Below, in pieces: positions 39,401-51,400 of a stretch of 64,000 nt of DNA (position 1 is the first letter of the stretch; each line of letters begins with the position of its first letter). The position numbers and the translations under genes were made by a program. The stretch lies in contig NW_024704742.1 of the NCBI RefSeq assembly GCF_018977255.1, positions 55,244,001 to 55,308,000 on the forward strand, in the 5' to 3' direction. The DNA comes from Callorhinchus milii (Eukaryota). The notes under the pieces are model-generated. The model was not told the origin of the DNA. It saw only the letters and a program-made list of their open reading frames with translations, and did no database searches.

Positions 39401-42400
39401 TTTTTTAAAAACATTGTCATTCAATGCAGGATATAGTAACTAGACATCTTTCAGAGAAGAACTTCAAGGAAGGAAAGCACAATTTATCACACGCCTCAGC
39501 TGTATGGATGGCATCAAATTCAGAGTTGACTCCAAGTGAAAGTTTGGTTTCAAGTGATGAGGTAAATATCTGTTAATACATAAAAGGCAGGAAACCATAT
39601 CAACTATTACTATAAATTAATGCCCGCTCTCTGTCTCCCCCCTCTCTCCCCCACCCCTCCATCTCTCACTGTCAATCTGTCTCCACTCCCCCACTCCACC
39701 TTGCCATTTTTCTCTCTGTTGCTCTCCCCTTTTCCAACTTTGTGTCTCTCCTTCCCCCCTATCTCTGTCTGTGTGCCTACAATCTGTCTCTGTTGTCCGT
39801 GACTTGTTTGAATCTCCCTATCTCTGTCTGGGCTTCACCGTTCACTAATGACATCATCTGCTTGACGACAACAACACCTTGCACTTATATAGCGCCCTCC
39901 ACGCAGGGTAGTGTCTCAGAGCGCTTCACAGTGGTGGACCCTGATTCCGAGCCGGGTGGGGAGGTGGCCGTAAGCACGGTCGAAGAGGAAGGTTTTCAGG
40001 CAGGACTTGAAAAAGGGAAGAGAGGGGGCAAGTCGGAGGGATTGAGGGAGAGTGTTCCAGAGTTTTGTGGCATAGTGGCTGAAAGCACGACCTCCCGATT
40101 GCGGGGTCGAGAGACGAGCAGGAGGCCGGTGCAAATCATGTGGAGGTGCTGGGTCGTGGATTGGGGAGTGAGAAGGTCGGAGAGATAGGGGGGTGCCAGG
40201 GAGTGAAGGGATTTGACCACATTTGACTCCTATTAGTGAGCACCATTATTACTTAGCACAGTGTTACTAAGTCCTGCCGATAGATATTATTTTCCAACTA
40301 AAAATAACTGAAGTTGCAGTGATTGTGGCAAACACTGCAGCTTTTTAATTTTTTTAGGAAATTCCAGGGTCTACTTTAAATACGAAGCAGACCCACACGC
40401 ACTTTGGGTGTTTTTTCTTTTATGATTCTATTTCCACTGCATCTCTTTTACTTGTTCCTGTGCAATTCCTTATTTTGGAATCTTAAAATTCTATTAATGC
40501 AGAGTACTGATGTAAGTACAAGTTGTGTTCAGTTTTACCAACTCTTTTTAACATTAGGAAGCCTCCAGAAAAACTCCTGACAACCAGGTTATAGATGTTC
40601 AGCAAAAGGAAGATGCAGAATATATAGAATCCTTGGAAAATGCCAGCACATTGTCTACTTCTTCCAACTTGGAGCCTTTTGCTAATGATGATCTAGGTAA
40701 GTTTTCCTGACAGGTGAATATTAAGTATTTTAACAAGTATAGATAATTACGTAAAGTAGTGCGCTTTAAACACCAGCGCACTACATTTGAAGGCCTGGAG
40801 GTCTGCCAAACACCCAAGGTCACCACCTCTTACTTCTTGCGGCTGCAACCGCACACAAAAGCCGAGGGACTCGCACAGACACACACTCAGTTTAAAAAGA
40901 GACATTCTCACAGATACCAAGTGACAGGTTCACAGACAGAGAGAGGGACACGGACAATGACCAAAGTGGTGTCTTGTGGTGAGCAAAGCCCATTTCCCGC
41001 TCATGCTGCACACAGGCGCATCTAGAGCCACTTCACCCACAGTAGCATCGTCGAGCAAACAACTGGCAGCGCGCAGAGGCCCGGGGGCGCAAGCGACTGT
41101 TTTTACAGCTTTTTTTACAACTGAAGACAACTTGTAGTGGCGGGGGTGTTTTTTTTAGCAGATTCTGTGGAAAAATTGCAGCCCACTTCTCTGTTGGCCC
41201 AGGTTGTACCTAACGTAGGGCTGGTCATGTTTTTTGAAGATTCTATATTTGAAAATAACCCTGATGAGTTTTTTGTAACTAATCGATACTGTTCTAGAAA
41301 TGAGGACCAAGTTGTTTTGTAAAATTTTCAGTTTTTCTCCTGAGAATTTCTGCTTGCATACTGTATCAATGCCATGTGACCTCATTTCTAAAGGTAAACT
41401 GCTTGTAGAAATGAAATTGACTGCAACCGTTTCATTTTTAGCCTTCAAAAACAGCATTTTTGTGTTCTGCCAATTTATTATTTTTATTATCACCTGTGTT
41501 CAGGTTTGAGTTGTATGTGTTTTGTCTGAAATTTATATAAAGGCAGAGGTATAAAGTTTTATTTCTGCCTTTTTCTATAGCTTGTGCTTTTTACAAATAC
41601 AGGTAATACTGTCATTCATTTAGACAAAGCATTGTCTAGGATGAGGGAGTATGAGCGCCTGAAAATTGAGGCTGAAAATAACCAGAATCCAGAAGTTTCT
41701 ACCGACACCCTGGAGGGTGCTGCAGGTAACCTAGAAAGGAAAGTTATTAATATCATGCTGCTTAAAATTAGGTAGGTGTGTACCCTAGTATGGAGATTAA
41801 AAGGACAGCTGGTACTTTTTTAACTAATTTATTGTATTTTAACAGAATCTGGAAAGCTAAGTTTATGAAGAAGTCATTATGTCTTAACTGAATCTGGGAG
41901 TGTACAAGACTAGAAAAGACGATTGCATTCCTTTTGGCTGGTTCTGAAGTTTGATAAATACCTGATGACAGGGTGGCACATTTAGCAGCCCACTGCTGCA
42001 GACGCCCTGGGGGATGATTTTATCCGGCCTACGAACACAGTCACTGTGTCCGCAGCCAGGCTTGGTCTGATCCAGCGGGAAACAAAGCGACACGAGATGG
42101 CAGTCAGCAGCAGAACCTGTCAATCATTCAAATAGCAGAGAGACATACAGACAGCGATAGACACACACACACACAGGTACAGACACACATATACAGTGAG
42201 AGATACAGATATAATAATAATAATCGTTGCATTTGATATAGCGCCGTATCATGTCTTCGAGACTTCTCAAAGCGCTTCACAGAATATACTGTAAAGTGAA
42301 TTGACTATATTTTTGTGAGTGAAACGCGGCAGCCAAGATGCATATAGATACAGAGAGACAGACACCTCATCACTGGCTGTATTGTTTTAAAATTTGTATG

Positions 42401-45400
42401 AATTTTTACATTGCCTATTTAAAGTTTGCATTGTAACCAAAATACAGTGAAATTAAGTAATATGTTACACTATTTAAACTATAGGATTTCTATATGATTC
42501 TTAATGCTTATGTTTCTGGAAAGGAAGCACAAAAATATTGCTTATGCGGCCTGTGGACATTTCTAAAATCCAGCATCCGCCCTCAACAGCCAAAAGGCTG
42601 GACCAACTCGCCTTATGATATATGCCCCTCCATTGTTTCTAGGTTCAAAAATCGGTGGTGGCAATTTAGAATGTATTGGCCTCCACGGTCTTGTTTGATG
42701 CTCTTTTATATATTTACCATCTTCCCTATAAAACCTTCACTGCTTAATTCCTGTGTTTGTGCAGTAATCTGGAGTTTATTAGCAGGAAATGACCTTGTTA
42801 GAATATATTTTAAAAAAAAACATTCTTTTTCATTATATTTTCAGGTATGGAATCGACTGCAAATGGCTGTACAGCAAATTGCATTACTGATGCTGCTGAT
42901 GTTCCTTGCCCTCGCATAGACACACAGCAACTGGACAGGCAAATAAAGGCCATCATGACAGAAGTGATCCCATTTTTAAAGGTGAACTGCACTTAGAAAT
43001 AAAATAGCTTGCAACCATGTGGTGTGTATTTTTGTACATTCATTTCCTAAACTGCTTTCTATCAATGTGTATACCTTGAAGTTAACAATTTACTCTGGTG
43101 ACAATTTCTTCAAACAATCCAGCCCCATTTATAACTTGGTATTTGGGGTTTATAAAATCAGAGCTGTTTTAACAAGTCTGCAAAATAAAAATGGCTCCCG
43201 TTCTGCTTCAGGAATGTCAGGTGGCTGTTAACATTGTTTCCTGCACAGGAAGCCAGCAGGTCAGTCAGCCATAACTGCTCTTGAAATCTTTTTAGTGGCT
43301 ACTTACAAATAATGTACAGCACGGAAATTGACAACACAACAACCAGTGTATGCCAGTGTTTGTACTCCATATGAGTCTCCTTGTTCCTTCCCATATTCTT
43401 CTACTCCCCTCTTCTGCATGTGAAAGTCTAGCTTCTTCTTGAATGCATCTATACTACCTGATTCAACCACTGCTTCAGGCAGCAAGTTCCTTAGTCTCAC
43501 TGCCGCCTTCCTGAAGTAGTTCCTCCTAAATTCTCTTTTTGATCCCCTAGTCGCCAACTTATATTTGTGTCCCGTTATTATGGACTACCAACCAGTGGAA
43601 ACAGTCTATTTACATTCACGTTATCAAAACCTTTTATAATTTTAAACATTTTTGTTCGGCCCCCACTTAGTGTCTCTTCTCTAGCAAAAAAGGGCCCAAC
43701 CTATTTGGTCTAACCTGACAGCAATAACCTGTCAGCCTTGGTATCATCTTCGTGCACCAACAACAGAACAGAATTACATTTACATAGCGCATTTCACATT
43801 GGGAGGACGCCCCAAGACACTGGACAGTTAGAGTTTCGGACCCGACCTGGGGGTTTAGGATCGGGGAGGGTGAAGGGCAGAGGGGAAGTAGAGTGATCAA
43901 AAAAACAGTCGAAGAGGCGGATTTTGAAGGAGGCAAGGGAGGGGGTGAGGCGGAGGGACTGCAGGATGGAGTTCCAGAGAGTGGGGGCAGAGTGGCAGAA
44001 AGCCTGTTCGGTGGGGCAAGCGAGGCAGGGGATGTGAAGCAGCCCATTGAGCAGAGGGAGCGAGCAGGATGGTAGGAGGTCGCAGAGGTAGGGGGCAGCC
44101 ACTATTCTTTCCATTGCTACTATATTCTTACAGTGTGGAGACAAAANTTGGACACTTAATGCCAGAAGTGCACTAGTGTACTAAGTGTACTTCTAGTACA
44201 CTTCCACAACTGTCTAAACTGTAAACCGACTTGTGCTATGATGATGCAATTGGTTTGAACTATAAATGCAAATTTTCTCATATTGACTTTTGTTTCCAAA
44301 CTTTCAATGGGTAATATTTCATGTTTTACAAATATTAGCTAGTGTCAGCAAATCTGCTAGCTCTGAATCAAATAGTGTATTACAAATCCTTTTTCCATTT
44401 CTATAAAGACATTTTATTTGTATCCTTAAATAAAAGGCCAAAATCTTTTGTTTTGGACATCACCAAAGGTGATGAGAGAAGGTGAGAAAAATACGAAAGA
44501 CAGAAAACTGAAGGATTAAGCAGTTCCATGAATTTGAAGTCTTGGATTAGAATGAATTAGAACAGATTTTTCCATAAATTGGATTGCAATGTTGTGAGCA
44601 AAGAGGAAGAGAATATAAACAACATATTTGAAGGAAGATGAGAAAGATTCTGAAATATGAACTATGAAAGAAGGATTGCCATCTTTTTATTATAACCTAT
44701 CCAGAAGTGTGAGATTTGGATAGATTTGGCCTATATAGAGAGTTGGCATTGAGAGGAACAACAGATTTGGCATGAAACTGGGTCTTTTTGAGGTAGTTTA
44801 TCAATCAACGGGACATGGGCATTCTGTGAGATTATACAGCATAATAGGTTTAAAAAAAACTAATAAATTAAGAAGGGAGTATCAAACGTAATGAATTTAT
44901 AGTAGTTGTTGATTGGTCTTTTAAAGAAATTACCTTTGAAGAGCTCAAAGTGATGAGACTTTCATTGCCCTATCAAAGGAAGTAATTAATATTGAGGTTT
45001 AGTAACTCGACCGTGCCTTTGGTCTCCCTCCCACCTCTCCGCCTTCCCTCACCCCTACACCACCCCTCCCCCATGCTCTGGCACCGACACCTGACTGTTC
45101 AGCTCTTTGGGACGTCCTCCCGAAGTGAAAGGCGTTCTAAAATGTAATTTGGTGGTGTTGTGTTTCACTGCAAGAGGATTGAGGATCACATGATTTGAGG
45201 GAAGTCAATTGTTGAGTGGAATCAGCTATTTAACTTTTGAGTCATCATTGACACTACTTTATTATATTTTGATATTTACTTATATTTGTGTTTTGTCTTT
45301 CATAGAGTACGAGAAATTACAGGACAAAAGGAGTTCATTGAGTGCATTGAACATATGCTGATGAAAGCTATATATTCTAATCCAAATTTCATGTTCTCTT

Positions 45401-48400
45401 TCCAAACGGTTCTATATTGTTAGCCTTCAGATATATATCCAGCACCTTGTTAAATGTTCAGTCTTAACTTCAATGGCCGCTAGTGGTGTTATATCCTGTT
45501 ATCGTTGGGTTATAAATAGGTGTTAATCATCAAAAGACAGGTGCCCATGTGCTTATTTGAGCGCAGTCCTCCAATAATAATCCAAATCAAGGAAACAAAT
45601 TACTTGAAGATGAAACCAAAGGTATAACCATAAATCTCATTATCCAAGCATTTTGATGTCTTGTATCTACTTATGATTGTTTCTCTCTTTCAGCAACACA
45701 TGGATGATTTATGCTCCCCGCAGCTGCTAATTGCGATCAGGAGGATGGTTCTCACCCTTACGCAGCAGAATGATGAAAGCAAGGAATTTGTCAAGTTCTT
45801 TCATAAACAACTTGGTGCTATACTGCAGGTTAGGGCTTTATTTGGCCATTTGTATTCATTATTTATTTGTAGAATCTTGTAGTGTATTGGTTAGGGCACT
45901 TGTCTTGCACGCGAGAGAACCTGAATTCGATACATTAGGCAAGTTTCCTCACTCCACACGTCTGTTTACCTAGCAGTAAGTAGAAACCAGTTGTTAGTCG
46001 ATTGGCGGTTCACTTTTTCGGGGGTAATAATCCCTTCCAAAAAACATAATTTGTACACTCAATCCATGACTTTTTATGGGACACTGTTGTGCTCAATTGG
46101 CTGTTGTGTTGTGCCCACAACATACATAGTCAATTCACTTTGCAATATATTCTGTCAAGAGCTTTGAGAAATCTAGAAGTGGAAGACGAGAGGAGAAACT
46201 GACAGCATAGCTGGACACAACCAGGACTGCAGAGATGGCATCAATGAAGACATGCCATCCGCAGTCTTGAGAGGAGAAGGCTGGCAACATGGACCAAGAG
46301 GAAATGGACCAGAAAACGAGTCTGAACCTCCCAATTGTTCATTCACTAGCTTTTCTCAGTGTTTGGAATAAGCGTGACAGACATTTTGTCAAGAAAGGAC
46401 TGGACATGCAGAAGGTGAACAATTCTAGAGTGTCCAACAGACAGGCGATCAAGATCATGTCTCCAAACAGCATTGCTTTTTAAGCATTAATGCGCAAGCC
46501 ATAGGGACATGATAAACAAATACTGTACATAGTTTGTAAAGCATCCATGTAAAGTGTATCTTTGAAACATTCTATGTCCAAATTATACATACAGTTGTTT
46601 GATATGCTTAATTTCTTTCAATCATAACTTGATAATGAGGTCAACTCATTTATGTGGTCAACATTACTCAAGTCTTTTTGCTGATTTTATTAGTGGGATT
46701 CCATTTCATTTAAAACTGCTTCACTTTACAAATATTTTCAAGATATTCATAGGCGCTACAGTATAATAATCCTTGCTTTATTACGTCATTGAGATTTCTC
46801 AAAGCACTTTTCAGGATTTACTGTATTTGTATGAAAAACGGCAGCTAACTTGTACACAGCAATGTCCATAAACAGCCATGAAGTGATTGACTTTTTTTTC
46901 CCCCTCTGAGGGCTTGTTGACCACGATACTGGGAGAAACCTTGTTTTGAATAGTGACACTGAATCTTTAATATCCACCTGAAGTTCGGTTTAATATCTCA
47001 TCTTAAGAATGGCATGTCAAAAATGCTGTGGTCCCTTATCTGTGAGCTCAAGCCTTATTTTTTTGGCTTGAAAGTAATTACCCATGAAGTGCTTTGAGAC
47101 TTTTGTGCTATAAAAATGCAATTTTTTTTCTTCATAGTGTACTTTTAACAAGTTTAAGATACAAAACCTCAATGCACAGAAGTATAACAGTATAGGCATT
47201 TATATTTCATAAAGCTATAAACCAATTATAAACATCTACACCAATTTATTGAGCTGATTTATGTGTTAACTACCAAATGACAGTGCACCAAATAATAATA
47301 CTTGCATTTGATATAACACTTCTCACGTCTTCTAGATGTCTCAAAGTGCTTCACAGAACATACTTAAAATGAATTGACTGTATATTTGTGGGCGAAACTC
47401 AGCAGCCAATTGCTCACAGCAGTGTCCCACAAACAAGCATGGATTGAAGCAACCAATTTATTTATTTTTTTCCTTGAGGGATTATTATCAGTCATGTGGA
47501 GTAAGGAAATTTACCCAAAGTTTCGCCCTGCCGGGAGTCGAACTCAAGTCTCTCACTTGCGAGGTGAGTCCTCTAACCATTGAGCTACAGAACTCCACGT
47601 GAAGTCCTTCATGACGAACAAGAAGAAAGCCTAATTAGACTTTGCACTGGAGGGTTCCTAGTGGAGCCACTCTACCCAATTTCGGAACAGGAGGGAAGAA
47701 TATTGGAAGAGAGAAAATGTCAGTGTTTCATAATTGAAATGTACTGGTACATGTAGCTATGTTAATAGTTTGATTGAACTGAGTTGTATTCAAACAGTCA
47801 GGACATACACCTGAAGCTTTTGCATTTGTCTATTCAGGATTCTTTGACAAAGTTTTCTGGTAGAAAACTAAAGGAATGTGGTGAAGATCTGCTTGTGGAG
47901 ATTTCGGAGATCCTGTTCAATGAGCTTGCTTTCTTTAGACTTATGCAAGACTTGGATAACAGCAGTTTGGCCGCAAAACAAAGATGCAAAAGAAAGCTGA
48001 AGGAGGTGGCATCTTTTAAACATTCTTTTACATCTGAGGTTTGTATTAATCATTGTATTTTCCAGCTGTTAATCATTTACAATCCAACTGCATATTTCCA
48101 AAACTTTCAGCAACCTCCTGTATGTACCCTAAGGGCATCCATCAAGGGAAGGCTATCTGTTGTTTGATAGATTTCATCTGTGAATGTCCCCATACCAAAC
48201 TCTGGTTAGAACCTCCCAAATTGTTTTCCTTGAAGGCCAATTGAAAAGTGCAGCCGCAAATGTTCTGCAATATCTGCTACAAACAGTCCACTCCGCTATA
48301 AAGACACGCACACTGTTTCTGTAAGAGTGTGTGCGCGTCTCTGTGTGTCTTGAGAGAGTGTGTGTGTGTGTGCGTATGTGTGTGTCTGAGAGTGTTTGCG

Positions 48401-51400
48401 TGTCTATCAGAGTGTGTGTGTATCTGTGTGTGTCTGTGTCTGAGAGTGTGCGTGTGTCTCTTGTGTGTCAATGTGCGTGTGTCTGAGAGCATGCGTGTGT
48501 ATGTGTGTCCCTGTGTGTCTCCGAGAGAGTGTCTGTCTAAGAGTGTGTGTCTAAGCCTCTCCGCTTTACTCAATCTTCACAGACCTGCCCTTGCCTGGTT
48601 CGATTCCAATCTATCTCACCGTCTCCACTTTGTTGCCTCTAACGGTTTCTCCTCCAGCCCCGCACTGTCACATCTGGCGTCCCCCAGGGCTCTGTCCTTG
48701 TCCCTCTCTTTAATATCTACAGTGGTGACATCATCCACAGCCATCGGGTCAACTTACATATGTATGTGGATGACACCCAACTCTATCTTTCTGCCTCCAC
48801 CCTCAACTCCAGGACCACTGCTGTCCTGACAGACTGTCTGTCGGACATCAAGTCCCGGATGAGGGCAAATTTCCTACAGTTGAATGTGAACAAAACTGAG
48901 GCCCTCCTGATTGCCTCACGTCAGCGCCTCAGCACCTCAGGCTCTGGCAACATCAACCTCCATGGTTGCTCACTACAACTTACCAAGCCAGTCAGGAACC
49001 GAGGTGTCTTGTTCGACCCTCAATTGTCTTTTCTCCCCACATTCAAGCCATGACCGCTCTGCCTTCCCTCACCTCCGGAACATCGCCCGACTCCGCAACT
49101 ACCGCACCCCTCAGGCCGCTGAAACATGTTCATGCCTTCATCAGCTCCAGGCTCGACTATGCAAACGCCCTGCTTGTCGGCCTTCCCAACTCCTCCCTCC
49201 ACAGGCTGCAGATAATCCAGAACTCTGCAGCCCGTGTCCTCTCCTGCACCAAACTCCATGACCCCATCTCCCCCACTCTTGCCCGACTCCATTGGCTCCC
49301 TGTCCTTCAGAGGATCCAGTTCAAGATCCTGGTCCTCGCATACAAAGCCCTCCATTGCCTCGCCTCACCTTACCTCTGCGACCTCCTACCAACCCGCCTG
49401 CTCCCTCCGCTCAGCCGCTCCGGTCTGTTCCACCTCCCCTGACCCACCCGCCCCAGCATTGGCGAGAGAGTCTTCAGCCACTCTGCCCCCAACCTCTGGA
49501 ATTCCATCCCCCAATCACTCCGCCTCGCTCCTTCCGTAACCTCCTTCAAGTTCCGCCTCAAGACCCTCCTCTTCGACCATGCCATCGGCCACCCACCTTC
49601 CCCCCTCCCTTCTTCCTCCCCTGACCCCAGGTTGGGTCTGAAATGCTGTACACTTTCCAGCACCTTGGGATATCCTCCTGACGTGAAAGGCGCTATACAA
49701 ATTAATCTTGTTGGTGTGTGTGTCTTGTGTGCCTGTGAGTGTGTGTGTGTGTGCCTGTGTGAGTGCCTGCGCGCGTGCCTCTGCATGTTTCTGTGTGCAT
49801 CTCTGTGCGTGCGCGTCTCTATGTGCCTGTGAATGCGTATGTCTATGTGCTTGTGAGTGTGTGTGTTCGTGTCTCCCTCCCCCGTTTATAATTTGACAGG
49901 CAGTATATATGTGTGTGTATGTATATATATATAGACAAACAGTAAAGTTTAACAATCTGAATTCAGCAACAACTCCACACCGGGGTGGCGTGGCATATTC
50001 AAACCATATGACCATATAAAAATACAATATAACGACACAGATATATAAATCAAATAAATTAGAAACAACAGCATACTCAGGAATTGCTCATTACTCCAGA
50101 CAAAACAATAAGCCCGAGAACAGCGGCGATCAGCCTCTGGAAATTCCTCAGGGATAACTGATGCTGTAATACAAAACTTAATAGGTACTGGATCCCGGTA
50201 AACCCTCGGACACAACCAATCCTATAAGAACAATACATAATTACAGAACTATCACTCAGAATCACAGAGAGTGGGTCCAGCAAACTCAACAGAAACAATC
50301 AGCTCTTAGCCCACCACCTCACTCATGCTGCCTAACCTGACTTCTGCATTTCAAATGGACCAATTACCACTACTGTTATTACTTCTCTGCCTAGCAAACA
50401 TATTACGTGCTACTACTACTCTTACTTTTTTTAATGGTCACTTACTGGAGGTAAATTGCTTCACCCCTATACACCCCTTCACAAATATACAGTCAATTCA
50501 CTTTACAGTGTGTTCTGTGAAGCACTTTGGGACGTCCTCCCGACGTGAAAAGCGCTATATCAAATGCAAGGATTATTATTATTATACACATAGATACAGT
50601 AGAATTGATATCAATTCCACTGTGAAGTGCGCTGATCCTCTACACAACTCCCAATTATTTCAAAGTTACATCTTTTATTTGTTTCTAACTCCACTTCCCC
50701 TTGTCACAGTGATAGCCCCCTCCCTTCACTGGCTCCTTTGCACAGAGAGAGATGTGGACTTCTTCTGGGCAGCCTTCCACAGTCTGTTCGTTTCTCAGCC
50801 TTGAGATAGGCAGGTGTCTGAGGCTGTGGCCTTTTATTTCTGTGGTCCATTGTTCTTACATCTATGCTCAAGGAATCGATTGTTCATTATCTCAGAGGAG
50901 TGAACATCTTCCCAGGAATATATGAAATGTAATCGGAAGCTAACCTCAACCCATCCAGCAAAGCTACTTTTAACCCCCAATTATTTTGGAACATTCAGTT
51001 GCTGCTATCAATATATTAATGTATCTGAGGTGATAGTGTATATTTCAACACCCCTCTCCCGAGGGGCCATCCAGGTTTGTTAAAGAAAGCATTTTTTTCC
51101 AAAAATCTAATGTGTTATTTTTTCAGGTTTATTTTTAGCAATAAGGTGAAAAACTATAGATTGACAGTAAAAATGTATCTTTCAGTAGCACCAATCAATT
51201 CCCCTCAATTTTCTGCAAAATTTGTCGAATTTCCCCACAATTTTTGACAAATATTTCCATAATTTTGGATTGTCCCTGATCATGACTTGGTTCACTGCAG
51301 CAATGGTGGCTGCCTGGTTAATATACCCAGCTTAAGCAGATTGTCATTCCAGGGACCAGACACCTGGAAAAAGGATCATGGTCATGATGGAACACATTGC

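Noticed and set aside
41726..41775. Extension of exon 30 (GNLERKV..., resembling human NNLEE)
   Set aside because: No phase-1 donor was found in the extension before its stop codon.
44166..44203. Small imperfect palindrome gaagtgcactag...ctagtacacttc
   Set aside because: Short, located at a repeat junction next to an N call, and without supporting context.
48277..50027. ORFs of 100-170 aa, including RT-like peptides
   Set aside because: They come from (TG)n translations and a frameshifted, 5'-truncated L2. There is no intact retroelement ORF.
50040..50330. Complex non-repetitive stretch with short - strand ORFs
   Set aside because: I could not assign it to a protein or repeat family by eye, and saw no splice signals fitting PCM1. 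It needs a database search.
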